From contig MU058198.1 in assembly GCA_013265495.1 (NCBI GenBank), positions 62,001-126,000 on the forward strand: a stretch of 64,000 nucleotides of DNA. Reading direction: 5' to 3'. Shown here piece after piece: positions 1 to 64,000 of the stretch; position 1 is the stretch's first letter; each line of letters begins with the position of its first letter. Source of the DNA: Vicugna vicugna (lineage: Eukaryota). Below the pieces are notes generated by a model. That model did no database searches and was not told the DNA's origin. It saw nothing but the letters and a program-made list of their open reading frames with translations. Made by a program: the position numbers and the translations under genes.

Positions 1-97
1 TAGCGTAAAAAGGCGTTTCCACCAGCCCACAGCTCTGCGTCGAGTTTTTACTAGGTTGCTGCAAATTTCATGGAATCTCTGCTGTTGCTCAGTGGTC
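1..97 (-). CDS. ARL6IP1: ARL6IP1 coding exon 4 (partial, runs off window)
   Basis: AG acceptor at 98-99; reads (W)TTEQQQRFHEICSNLVKTRRRAVGWWKRLFTL, matching recalled ARL6IP1. Confidence 0.96.
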
Positions 98-293
98 CTA
101 GAAAAAGAATTTTCCCCTTCACTATAAGCAAATCTTAACAGTAAACAGAAACAAACCATTCTCTCAAATTTAAAAAGTTATCTTCTAAAGAAAATCTAAA
201 TTAAAAAACGATTCACCATTATCTCATAGAAAAGTTCTTGTACCATTCAGACTCCTTTTATAGAACAGGAGTAAGTTGTTGTTGCTGCTTTTA

Positions 294-360
294 AACTGAA
301 GCACAGTCAATTACAACGTGTCAGTTTCTGGTGTACAGCACAGTGTCCAGACACGTGTGT
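294..360 (-). mobile_element. Short L1 3'-end fragment
   Basis: ctgaagcacagtcaattacaacgtgtcagtttctggtgtacagca resembles the copies at 49617-49787 and 60649-60793. Confidence 0.7.
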
Positions 361-2269
361 GTACAAAGTAATGGGTATCTACAGTTCTAAGGCCATGTTT
401 GGTCAATGACAGTAACCAAAGACTCATGACTACTATGAGCCATGCAGAAATCAGTATGAATTAATTTCTCTATTCCTGTATTACTTTGCAAATTCCAATG
501 AATCCTGGGGTTGTAGCCCATCAGAGTCCCACCTTTTTGAGGAAGATGTGAAGTTTCTGCCAAGCAGCTGTATGTAAGCACTCTTCAGTAGGGTAATAAC
601 TACGAACAATCAAAGCACAGAACCCTCAACTGGGCTGCATACAATTGATGTCAAGGCAGCAACAAACAGCTGAAATCCAAATTCCTTATAAATTTAGTCC
701 CAGTGAGGGAAAATATAATCATGAACAAAACAGCAGTGAAAACACAGAAAGATCCTCCAAGAAAGCCCTTTTTAACTTATAATGTATTCTGGGTTCTGAT
801 AAAAAAAAAAAAAAAGAACTGCTTTTATACTGTCTTTCCTGTACAAACATTTGCTTTCTTTTCTCTAGTTGTTGTCCCTGTAAACCTGCAGCGACAGACA
901 CAGTAGAATGGTTTCTGCTTGAGTCCTGGAACTTCCTGTAAATAATTAAACCTCATATGCTGCCCATGGTCAAGGCTGGGCTATGGCTATGCAATGGTGT
1001 TCTTCCTTCCTCATAAAGGTCAAAAAATAAAACTGCTCCATCAATAATACTGAACCACACATTGATTTACTTCTGAAAACTCTTCTCCAGGAGTTATGAA
1101 TTAGCAGATTAGAACTGTCATCTGGCCAATAAAGTCAGAGTCTGAGGTTGATTCTCTGCTAAATTGTTACATTGCAGTTACAAACTTGCCCAAAAAACAG
1201 CAGCATAAATCATTACTCCATGTGAAAAACAATTCAAAGGACATTTCCTAACATAATTCATTCGACGACGGCAGAAACATCTTTAAATAAACATGCTTAA
1301 TTATCTCGTAACTTAATCCCCCCAAATGTGTGAATCTGTTCCCAAAGATCCAGAGGGCATACATGTAAAATTCTTATTTTTACAGAATTATTTTATAATT
1401 TACTGTTATCAGGGAAACAAAAAAACTAAAAGCACAAGCAGACCAACAATCAAATTAAAATAAACAGCCATGGGAGAATAGCAGGTAGGAGAAAAAAAAT
1501 CCATTCCAACATCTACTTTTATTCATTATCTGGATCGAAAGTGAGAAATGCAACGTTCCAGAGGGAAGTTAAAAAATATTTTAACAGGATGCACAGCCAC
1601 TTAACTGTATCTTGGCAACTCATAAGTAACCAGGTCAAAGAATGGTACAAATGAAATCGACAACCCACTTGTACACAGCTTGAACCTATCCTAAAGCACT
1701 TGGTACACATTTTGCTAACCACCACTGCACTGACTCACCGTCTCAACCTGAAACACAGCATCAATCTTTAAAGTCAAAGTATTTCACAGCACCCACGACA
1801 GTGTGCTTAACGTAAAGTAGGCATTTGATAAACAGTTGCTAAATTAATAGGCAAGAAATCTACATTACTGTTTCTGTATTTATTCAGAAGTAATCTATGA
1901 AATTAACATTATCTTACATATCAATGGAAAATGTAAAAGTAGACATACAACTTTAATGGAACACTCATTATGAATTCTGCAATCCTTGATAAAACATTAT
2001 CTTTAAAAAAACTCACTTCAATAAGGTCTAGAAAGAAAAAAAGTCACAATAAATGCTAGATTATAAAAGAGCCATGCAGATATTAAGTACTGGAAATTCA
2101 TGATTTATACCTGAAGCAGGTAAGAAGTTCTTTACATCAAAGCAATAATCTAACCCCTAGGTATGTGATGGTTAGTCAACTCTCTGTGCTTAATTACAGC
2201 ATACAAGTCACAGCCACCAGGTTCAGTAACTTCTCAGAAACTAGAATGCCAAATCAATATGCCACCTAC

Positions 2270-2389
2270 CATTTATTGGAGCCAAAAATTCTAGGCGCTA
2301 GAATGGGAACAAGGTAGTCAGCCAAGCACAAAAACATAACAAAACAGGAAACACCGGAAAGAACAGATGGATCCAGATAGTAGATAGTC
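2270..2389 (-). CDS. ARL6IP1: ARL6IP1 coding exon 3
   Basis: 120 nt, AG/GT bounded; TIYYLDPSVLSGVSCFVMFLCLADYLVPILAPRIFGSNKW. Confidence 0.97.
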
Positions 2390-2844
2390 CTGTTTAAAAA
2401 AAAAAAATTTTAATAAAGGTTATAAAAACATACTCATTATTATTCCTAGCTGAAAATGTTTATCCACTTGGTCCTCTGGTTCTCAAAGATGTTATTTTGC
2501 CCTTTTCACTCTAATTTTCTCGCAAGTGGTTTCCCAGAAGCTTCAAGACACGATGACATCATAGCTGCAATGGTTAAAATAAACATCAAGAGACAAAAGC
2601 TCTTTGGGGTCTTCAACGCTTTTTAGAAGTGTAAAGGGTCCTAACGCCAAAAAGTCTGAGCCACAGATTTATTTAACTGCCTTGGATTACCAAATTTACA
2701 TAAGTACTACAAATTCTGAAAACTAGGCAAACTGCTCTAAGGCATTCTTTACAGATTATGAAAGACTTCAGGCATTTCTATAAATGGAACCCGAGCCCTT
2801 CTTAGTAACAAACACAATCTGTAGTAATTTAATAGCTCACTTAC

Positions 2845-2978
2845 AGAAAGATCAAAGAAACCACACCCATGATGGCAGGTGGAAACCAGGCTCTTTCCCA
2901 TCGCAGGACTTTATCTGCCATCAGCATCACTTCTCCCCATCCTTGCAGCTGCTCTTCCAGACTTGCAGTCTCTGCAGC
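2845..2978 (-). CDS. ARL6IP1: ARL6IP1 coding exon 2
   Basis: 134 nt, AG/GT bounded; AAETASLEEQLQGWGEVMLMADKVLRWERAWFPPAIMGVVSLIFL. Confidence 0.97.
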
Positions 2979-3904
2979 CTACATATGGGCAACATTTAAA
3001 GTGATCATTTTACTAATCTCAACATTTTTGTGGCTCCTGGAGAGTTAAATACTTCTAAGGCACCAAGTATGTGAAACAGCTCTTACAAATCACTATCAAA
3101 CAAGTCAATTTCTTTAAAAAAAAAAAAACTGCAATTTTGATACCAAAGACAGAAATCGGTGGAGAAAAAAAATCTGTCATTTAACGGTCGCCTTCCAAGT
3201 CCAAGCACTGGGCCACTCTTTACATGCAAGATGTAACATAATCCTTATAGAGCCCCTTAAACTGGGAATAATTAGTTCCATTTTACAATTAAACAAATGG
3301 AGCTCAGAACAGTTACTTTCTCAAAGCCATACACTACTAAGTGGCAGCGTCCTGAGTATAAAATTAGATCACTTTGTTCATTTTGGGTGGTTACAATTGA
3401 TCTGTTGTTTTGTCATTTCATTGATCTAACCTCGACTTCTGAATCCATTAGGAAAGCCTCTCCATGAACAGCATTCAATTTCCAAAACAGCTCTGTGTAA
3501 TGGAATCATTTAGATGTTGGCATCGTTTGCACAACTAAGGAAAACTACTGTGCTTTCAACAAATTATATGAGGCATTTTAAGCCCAATATATCTCAATAA
3601 AATGTTTCTTACACTAATCAGGACATTGGTTAGACTTCAAATTTCTCCACAAATCTGACAATCAGCTGAAAGTAGACTTCTTTGATGAGCTAAAGTGGCA
3701 AAAAGCCCTTAAGCTGATTTTGGTAGAGGAAAAAAAAATTGGAACAAGAAACCTATGTGTCCTTGTAACAGTTATCACAGGGAAATCTGCAAATGATAGG
3801 AGACAGTGAAGCTTAATCTTGATAAAGATGCTTATCTGTGCCACATTGACCACTTAAGTGACCTCACTATTTCTGACTTGGTGTATCATGCTTAATTTAA
3901 TATA

Positions 3905-4110
3905 GCTAAATAAGAGATTTTACCATGTGCCAGAAACTCTGCTAAACATTTATATACCATACTCTCATTACTTCTCCCAACGAGCTGAAAGAAAGGTGGT
4001 GTTAGCATCCTCATTTTACAAATAAGGAAACTGAAATACAGAGAGGTTTACAGATCTGAATCCAGGAAGTCAAAGGCCAAAGGCCTTGTTCTTAAAGTCA
4101 CACTGCTCTG
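3905..4110. mobile_element. MIR-like SINE remnant
   Basis: MIR core-like cattttacaaataaggaaactga...agaggtt. Confidence 0.65.
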
Positions 4111-5225
4111 CCGAAAGAGCTATTAGCAGCTCCAGGCCATGATCTGTTGTTTCAATAGCTGTGTGAACCTGGGCAACTTCTTTGTGCTTTGATCAATTTC
4201 TAAAAGGAAACTGGCTGGGGTTAACTAGGCTAACTACAGAGAAGGGGTGTGTGTGTGCAGGTATGCATTTCTTTCTTTTTTTTTTTTTTCCAGGTATGCA
4301 TTTCTAAAAAACAAAGCAAAATGAAACCACACACAATCAAAAGTGCCCTGCAAAGTCACTTAATTCGTTAGGACCCCGGCTCTTGGAAAATCAAAAGTCA
4401 AAATTAAATTATTGTGGTTTCTCTATTCATTGTGGTGGTTGTGGTGTATGGCTTGCCTTTCTCTGGGGAAAGGCAACGAAGAATATGGACGTATTTCTCT
4501 CGTTTTTGCCTAGATCCTGCGGTGAGATTTGTAGTCAGGTTAAAATTGTCCGCCTGTGATACAACCTCACTGCAGTTCCTTCGGACCCCTGCTTACTTTA
4601 AAGTCGTCCTGTAGACACCCCCTCCCCAAGATTTACAAGCTTTAGACAAACGCCAGAACCTCCCATTGTCCTTCCAGCAGGACCCCAGTCCCAGTTCCCA
4701 GAGGTGAGCTCGCAGCCTCCCTGCCGTTTTAAGCTGTGCCAAGCTCTAACAGAAATTCTCGGCAGCAGACTTTTGACCCACCCCCATCCCCAAGTACAGG
4801 GGTAAAAGGACGAAGGGGCATTCTGGTTAAGATCAAGGAAGGGGAAACCCGGATACGGCTGGGACCTGGGCCACAAAATCGCTCGACTGGCCCCTCGCGG
4901 CTCTCTGCCACTGACTACACCCCAAACAGTCACAGCCCCTCCCTTCTCCCGCTGAACCCGTATTCCCGGTGAAAGATCACGCGCCCTCCTCGAGCCGCTA
5001 CGCATCTTCCCCAGGGGATGTTAAAGTCGACATTACTAGTGCCCGCCAAGCCCGGGTTACCCAATAAGTCCCACGGTCAGGAGCCGTCGCCTGAATCTGA
5101 AAACCGGGAGAGGAGGGCCGGACCCACCGCGGGTGATAAGAGCGAGGGTGCAGTGTCGTCCCACGGACCCCACCAAAGTGCGGAGGTCCTACTCGGTTCC
5201 CTCGCAACCAGGTGCCAGAACTCAC

Positions 5226-5261
5226 CAGTAGGTTGGTGCTGCGATTATCTCCCTCTGCCAT
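5226..5261 (-). CDS. ARL6IP1: ARL6IP1 coding exon 1
   Basis: gacgATGG Kozak context; MAEGDNRSTNLL followed by GTGAG donor. Confidence 0.97.
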
Positions 5262-5365
5262 CGTCCCCGATGTGCAGCCTCAGCTAGCGCAAGCCGTCCC
5301 CAAAACTGGCCTCCAGCAGAGTCCCTCACGGCGACCCTAGCGTGAGGGTGCGCCCCCTCAGGCTG

Positions 5366-5548
5366 CTTATATAGGTTCGCTACCTTTCCCGACAGACCCC
5401 GCGAAGCTCGCTCCTCATTGGGCAAATCGAGATCAAACTTGAGCCAATCGGACCAACCGCTGCCCAGCGCATGTCTTGAAACCGAGGTCAAAGGAGAGCG
5501 AGACCGCGCCCAGGCCAAGGGGGCGGGGATACGGAATGACCAATCAGC
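5366..5548 (-). promoter_or_regulatory. ARL6IP1: ARL6IP1 core promoter: TATA box, three CCAAT boxes, GC box
   Basis: TATATAAG (minus) 5366-5373; CCAAT at 5417-5421, 5444-5448 and 5540-5544; GGGGCGGGG at ~5520-5528. Confidence 0.75.
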
Positions 5549-7584
5549 TACCAGGAGGTGTGCAACTCCCCTCCCAGGCCTTTCAGAAGCGGTTGAACCG
5601 CCGCTGCCCCGGGCCTGGTCTGGCTTCAGCATCCCCGGGGCACACCGCCACTGTAGCTCTCAGACACTCTTCTAGGGGACCTCGAAGCAGCTAAGGAGCC
5701 TCTCTGGAATTTAGTCCTCGAGGAAATATGCCACGCAGTATCAGGCGGAGGGCAGAGATGTGCATGTGATGCTAAACTCATTAAGGGGGGTCGGCTTCCA
5801 GACTGAGCCGGTGGCCCTTGCCCTCGCTGTGCCCCTAGTCGGCCTTACCTTTCTTTAATCCCTGCTCTGGCAGCCCTAGCCAGGCCACTGAGCAGCTGAG
5901 CCCAGATCTGTGACTCGGAGACTCGTGCCCATTTCAATGAGGTTTTGAGAACAAATCAAGGGATTATTTATGTAGATTTTCTGCAGTTTCCTTCCTACCC
6001 ACTAGGAATAAGGGTTTAGTTTGATGGGGCGGGGGTAGAGGTGGGGAATCTAGGCAGTTTGAGACCGTGTGAAAAATATACCGACTTAACAAAATCGGCT
6101 TATTTACATGGGGTCTTTGGGGAAATTCTTTGTGGGGCACTTCATTTAAGAAACTACAATCTCCCTCTCCTAAAAGGGACTGGTTTCTTTTTCATTACTC
6201 AACACAAAATAATGTCAAATGCTGACCTGTTCAGATGTCTTTTTCAGGAAAACTTATCATATAGCTTTTAACTTCCAGTCTTTTATAGTCATCTATATTA
6301 CGCCATCGAATTTATTTTAAAAGCATTCCTTACATAACTACCAGGTTCTTAAGAGTTCAGGGAATGTATAAAGAAGTGTGAGACAACACAGCTACAGACC
6401 ATGTGCTGCCTCTAAGAAAGCTGGGGAGACCAGAGCATTGTAAATTTCATGAAAGCTGTGAAAGTTGCCATGGATCTTTGGGAAAAAAATAAAAGCATCT
6501 GATCATGTAATAACACTTGAGGGGGAAAAAAAGCCTTTGCAGGGGAAGAGGAACTCTTCAGTAAAGTTCCACTTAGGGGAATGTTGTAGGGAAAACAGGT
6601 GTATAGGTAAAATGCAGCTGTTTGACATACCCCATTTGGGGGAGGTTTTAAAGATTAAGTTTTAGGAGCAGGCCCTCTGCTACCTCTTCAAAAGAAAATC
6701 AAAAGGTCCCAATCAGCAGCCACATCGTTAGTGAATATATAGAGCACTGAGTGCAAAAATCTTGCTGTGGGCACAGTAACATCCACTTCCCAAGGAGAGG
6801 GCATGGTGTTACTAAACTTTAAAAACTGCCATTTGTACTTTGGAAATCACTTCTTGCTACAAAATGTGCCCCCAAGTTTGTTTTCACCCAAGTTCCCTAG
6901 GTACAACTTCAGAAGACAGACCACCAGCTTGTGAAATTAAGGTTAAGTAGAAAAACTGAAGGAACTGAAGGTTCTCCATAGAGTATGCTGCTTAGGGAAA
7001 GTGTTTCCAAACTTATTTGCAATTTAACTGCCTGGGAGCGCTGCTGTAAGGTCTTTAACCTTCCAATTGCCCTGATTATTAAAAACCACCCACCCTTAGT
7101 GTAGCGTTCTCTGGAGTTTTTGTTTTGAGCTTTTTGTTTTGTTCGGTTTTTTTGTACTACAAAGGCAGGACGTAATCTTCTGAAACATGTCAGATGACTA
7201 AACAGTAACAGTAATCCTCCTAACAAAATCTAGCAGCAACAAATACAATCTGATTTCCAGGTATTAAAAAAAGCTAGACATTTTAGTTGCCTTCCTTCAG
7301 AGCTTTCATACACCAGGGAATATTCATGTCAATAATATTCTACAGTTTTTAAAGATTTACAAAATTAAGCCTAATCAATTGTGCCTTAATACTAAGAACC
7401 TTCCCGTCGAAGTAAAACTTCCACTGCTGTTCAAAAATACTATTGAACTTTGAGGGTAAAAAAAATATTTTTTGAGATTTAAATTTTTAAAAAAAATTTT
7501 GGAGGTATTAATGCTTTTTTAAAAAACAAAGCTATCTGTATTCCAAAATTTTCTGGATCCTACTTTGACCAATAAATTCAGAGC

Positions 7585-7613
7585 TTTAATGCTACGTCTT
7601 TTAAGACTTTATT
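7585..7613 (-). terminator. SMG1: Probable SMG1 polyadenylation signals
   Basis: AATAAA (minus) 7608-7613 and ATTAAA 7585-7590; another AATAAA at 7733-7738; U-rich sequence downstream on the minus strand. Confidence 0.6.
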
Positions 7614-9464
7614 TTTTGAAAAACAGGTACTTCATACAGTCTTTGCCATGTTAATGCAAATATGCACAAAGTAGGCATGTATTTTTGTTTTCCAAAAGAT
7701 GCATTATGAACATTTTCAGGAAGCTGGTGTGATTTATTCAACTTTTAATTTTAAATACAATCACAAAATTATACCCATCAGGAGGCATTACAACCTTTTG
7801 TACAGAGAAGCCACTTTATACAATGTTTACTAGAACAAGGAAGATTCAGTTCAACTCAATTTGCTCTTATAAGGGTAAAGTAAATTAACAAGTGAAGTAT
7901 GATGTTGCCACTGACATTACAGGTGAAAATATAAAGAAAATTTAAACCAGAAAAATAATTGACACACGAACTTCGAACAGGAGCTGAAACTTGTCGGGGA
8001 AAGGGAAAAAAAATCAGCCTGTTCTGAAAGAAAAACATTCTGCAAGTCTGCATTTCAGAACATGCAAGTCCTTAAGTTTACCATCTTCAAAAGTTGAGCT
8101 AATTGTATCACACTTTCACATTAGCACAACAAACAGCTTTTCTCTAGTAAACCCAGTCAAATCCCCATGGAAAGCAAGACACTAAAGAGTTCATGTTGTA
8201 CAACTAACCCTTGAAACTACAAAGCTTCTCTCAACTGGAGTCCATTTGCCCTTCTGTAAGTAAGAGATGGTGATATTGTTACCCAGACCTAAAAGAGCAG
8301 GAAAAGTGCAACAAACCCTTTGGGGTTCATAATACAGTGAATTTCCTTCCCCGGTGTTTGGAAAATTTGTAATGCGAGCTAGTTTTTCCCAATAGGAGGA
8401 ATCTAAAACAACCCAAAAGTGAAAACAAAAACAAAAACAAAATCTGCCTTCTTTAAGTGAACTTTACATTAACATAGTCTACCTCCTTGATTTTAGTGGG
8501 GGGAAATCCTAGCTCTAAATTACTGGCATTTTTGCAAGCTCAAGATACAGAAATGTAAGGTCATTGGTTTCCATAGTCATCTAATTTTATGTAAAACAAA
8601 GGTACTTAAATGGGCTAATAGTAAAGTATTCACTGATTTTTGATGTATATGAATAGGACTAACAAGCTAATTGCAGGTGCTTTAATATGAAGAGAACTGG
8701 GAGAAAAGAAGAACCAGCTCCTTTGATTTTAGTACTGCCAAAACAAGTAAGCCCCCAGAGCAACTACAAATATATGGAGGAAAATAGGCCAGGAAGACTT
8801 TTCATTTTAAAGTACTGCCTATATTACCCCAGATTTAAAAGGATCTAAGATTGCACATCAACTCTAATATTTGGCTGTACTTGCATTGCCCTGCTTGGCA
8901 TTTTTTAATGGCTCTTTCCTTAAATTTCACACATCAGAACAACCACAGTTAAAAAACAAAAACAATGCAGATAACACCAAACACTGGACAATATTAAGAA
9001 CACTACATATTAAGCTTAGGTAATAGAGGCAAGTGTTAAGGGCAGAAGTGATGGAAGTTTTGTCTTTGTATTACAAACCCTGAACCTGGGGTTTGGGCTC
9101 TAAAAAAGCAATTTAGGGGAAGCAGATCAAGAGCTTAATTATCAGTTCTCACACGGATACCTCACATGTCTCAAAAACAACGCACAAGTATCAGACACAA
9201 AAGAATCTTAATTATCATCAAGCAAACTGTGTTAAGAAATCATGACCAGAAATAATGAGATACTGCAAGAACACCAAAGGGAAAAAAAAAAAAAAAAAAG
9301 CACAGACAGCTCCATAAACTACTAAGCCTCCACAGCTCTGCAGAGAAACCAACTAAACTTCAGGCAACTGTAGAAAATTAAAGACAACGAAACACTTAAA
9401 CTTCAGTTTCCAAGGGTACTTTGAATTGAAGAAGAGTTTCTAAGTCATTCTGTACCCCCTAATC

Positions 9465-9519
9465 AGAGAGAGAGACAGAGAGCGGGGGGAGAGAGGGGGA
9501 GAGAGACAGAGAGAGAGAA
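9465..9519. repeat. Imperfect (GA)n microsatellite in SMG1 3'UTR
   Basis: agagagagagacagagagcggggggagagagggggagagagacagagagagag. Confidence 0.85.
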
Positions 9520-12096
9520 GATCCCTGGTTTTCCACAGGTATTTTTGTATCATCAAAAGTGTATGACCTCATAACCACAGCACTCTGAACTTCACATTAC
9601 AGGATAATCCCCAATGTATAGCCCTGTCTTCTCAATCCGCTTTATCACCAAGGCCTTTCACCTCTGATTCAATCTCTAACCATTACGTTCTCTTACGACA
9701 ATTCAAAACAGGAAAGACTACTTGCCAAATGACTTCCCAGAAGCAGCCAAACTCTACAGACTGGGGTCTTGCTGTCCAGAGCGCAGTGAAGAGCAAGCTT
9801 GGAAATCACCAGTTATTCCTATTTGCCCACAACCAAACGTGCATATGCTACAGTACTCTCTGAGGGACCATTTGAAAATAAAAGCAATGAATAATTTACC
9901 AGAGGCACATGTTTTCAATATAAAGCTGTCTTGTTTTCAATTGGACAAGGTGCCAGAGACCTCTGAAGCCTGAACGTCACAGGCAATAAAATGCACCTAT
10001 CTCATACAGAGGAAGCAATTTCTGAATACTACCCATAGGGACAAACTAATGTGAACTGGTTTTATCATCGTGATAAAAGTTTTTCCTTCTGACAAAGAAT
10101 GTTGTTGAAAAGACTTTTATCTTGAGAGAGCAGAGGTAAGCAAGTGCTGAACGCAACAGCTCCCACAGCCTCTAGGAAATAAAGCAGTGTGCAAAACACA
10201 ATATGGCATTATTATTCCAGATAGGTTGTTTTGATTGTGAAAATAAGGTTCAAAGTGAATGAAGAAATAAAACTTCGATGCACTAGTTTCCTTAACTTGT
10301 TATTAGACACATGAGTATTCAAAAATACCGCCTTTCTTGTAATACTTATCAAAGTATTAAAAAAGCATTGATACTGAAATGCATTCTCTCATGAGTATTT
10401 AAAGATTACAGATTAACGTGGCAATCAGAATACAGAAAAGGCCAGAGCTATGTGGACTTTTTTTTCCTTAATACCTTTCAAGTTTGTCTGTGAAGACTGG
10501 CAACTGTTAAGTGATCACAGTTCTAATCTCTAAAATGCAGGAAAATGTACTCAAGATTTTAATCATGTTTTACTTTGTGTTCATACGTGATTTTAAGAAT
10601 CCTATCCTAGTCTGGATTTTTCTCTTGGGTCAACAATTGAGCTTACACAGCCAGTGAGTACTGAAATGCAATGCTAAATTTAAGGAAACCTTGATCATGA
10701 CTTCACTATGATGTATTACTGAGCAGGAAACTATTAAAATTGTGCAAAAAGTAAAGTACTTCACAGACTAATAATTTAACTTAATAAAAGATGTTGGTGG
10801 TTCAAACTTCTGCTGTTTCATGTATATGTCCTAAAATGCCAGGTAAACTAAAGCACTTTTAATTTACACCTTGTAAATTGTAAATTAAAAGTATCAAATG
10901 AGAAAACTGAATTAAAAAAAATCTCAGTCTACCTCCACCAGAACATCACTTTATTGTTAATCTGTCATCAACAATGTAAAATTCTAATAGGTACTCTATC
11001 CTGGTTTTTAAAAAGGTAAAAGATTACACTGGATTAGCTACTTTCTATGAAAGAAACTACAGCAATCACAAAAGAGGGAAAATTTGAATGACCTCCCAAA
11101 AACGCACACTATAAGCAAAGGGGAGTGTATATTAAATCAAATGTCTGTTAGATTCATTACTTTTGAATGCACAGTGACAATTCTGGAAACTGTACATGAT
11201 AGAATCACAGAAATGACTTAAAATAACCAGAATTATATTTTGTATGTGATCATCAGACCTTTAAACAATCCTTGAATTTTCCATGGTATCAGTGGTTTTG
11301 GAGAAATTTCTGTTTATCACTCCAAATGTAAGTTGTTAACAGCATCGAGACAGAAGTTTATGAAATATAAGGATTGAAATAAAAGTGAATGTGAAAGACG
11401 GCTAATCTACTAGATCAGGTAAAAGGGTGTGGTGGGTGAGGGTGTGGGTTGGGGAGGAGGACGATGGGGTGGGTTTTCTCCCTTCATTTCAGAAGTAAGT
11501 TCTTCCAATGTAGTGTATCTGTTACACAGCTCTCCTTCTTCAGTCCATTTCTGAAATTCATATCACATAGCCTTTTTGTACTTACTGGTCAACCCAACCA
11601 GTACTGTTGCCAAGCAACAAGTGTTACACAAGAATCTGAATGCATCAAATCTTCCTTGGCTGTGATTTCTTCGCGGCCCCAGTTTTCTCTGTTTCTGAGC
11701 GGGGTTTGTTTTTTCCTGGATTGTACACACAGGGTCAGGTGGAATGGAGTTCCAAATCACTCTGTGCTCCGCGGCATCCTGATTTCTTTCTGCAGCTAAC
11801 CTCCTGACACGTTTGCAGCTGTTCTGTGGCAGAAAGACAATCTCCGTGTTCAGGCGGTGAGCTTTCTTTCTTTCACCCTTGACCCTGGGGTTGCAGGCCA
11901 TGGTGTTGGGCGTATCCCTGAGTGCAGCTGTCCTGCAGGATTCACTTCCTAGCGCACCGAGATTTCCTAGGTTTCCTCAGAGTAAGCCTCCAGTTGCATC
12001 ACCACCGACTGTGGTGTGGCTTTGGATGCCTGAGGCTGAGTTGATTCTGGTGGATGTCTGACCTCGCTTAACCAGACTCATCTACTGTCTTGCCAC

Positions 12097-63694
<51,598 letters not shown>

Positions 63695-64000
63695 TTAAAT
63701 ATGCCCTACAAAATAAAATTAGGACTGTTAACTTAAATATACTAATGATTAATCACTACCTCTTTTAATGCTGCAGAAATAAAAATTCCCCAGAAATTAA
63801 AATACAACCTCATGTTCTCATTTTTTAAAGCGGATTTAATATCCATACTGTCACTACACACATGGCTTAGACTAGAATGCCACAATATACGACCAGCCTG
63901 GCTTTCTTCTCCAGGGCCACACCTGGCCACCAAAAGTGTACATTCATCTCGCCAGTGAAAATGGAACCACTCACTCACCAGCGGAACTGAATGAACTACT

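Larger units (their letters stand above)
4690..5930. promoter_or_regulatory. ARL6IP1: CpG island over ARL6IP1 promoter and exon 1
   Basis: GC- and CpG-dense stretch in otherwise AT-rich, CpG-poor DNA; limits approximate. Confidence 0.85.
7570..12096 (-). other. SMG1: SMG1 long 3'UTR (~4.5 kb)
   Basis: Continues from the stop codon with no recognisable interspersed repeat down to the poly(A) signal cluster; 3' end inferred. Confidence 0.7.

Noticed and set aside
4598..5694. Cluster of longer overlapping ORFs on both strands
   Set aside because: GC-rich CpG islands are poor in stop codons; only the 36-nt ARL6IP1 exon is supported.

Overview
Mammalian genomic DNA. The tRNA-Ala-like SINEs suggest a camelid. 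Two genes lie on the minus strand in the same order as in human. (1) SMG1, the PIKK kinase of nonsense-mediated decay (NMD): 55 coding exons from 63579 to the TGA at 12097-12099, numbered 9-63 by counting back from human exon 63. The 5' exons lie beyond the window, and a ~4.5 kb 3'UTR ends near 7570-7610. (2) The CpG-island promoter and coding exons 1-4 of ARL6IP1 (ATG at 5261, running off the left edge). I traced the SMG1 junctions by hand, and the intron phases chain into one reading frame with one exception. At the exon ending KSYPYLF (31522), the conserved ATP-binding Lys codon and the splice donor are missing, which is either an assembly error or a damaging allele. Other notable points: a SINE whose target-site duplication (TSD) copied an SMG1 splice donor, a stop-free in-frame 81-nt intron in the kinase activation segment, two GC-AG introns, and miR-125/miR-128 seed matches. 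I found no prokaryotic-type system or new gene. Repeat boundaries and subfamily names are by eye and approximate.
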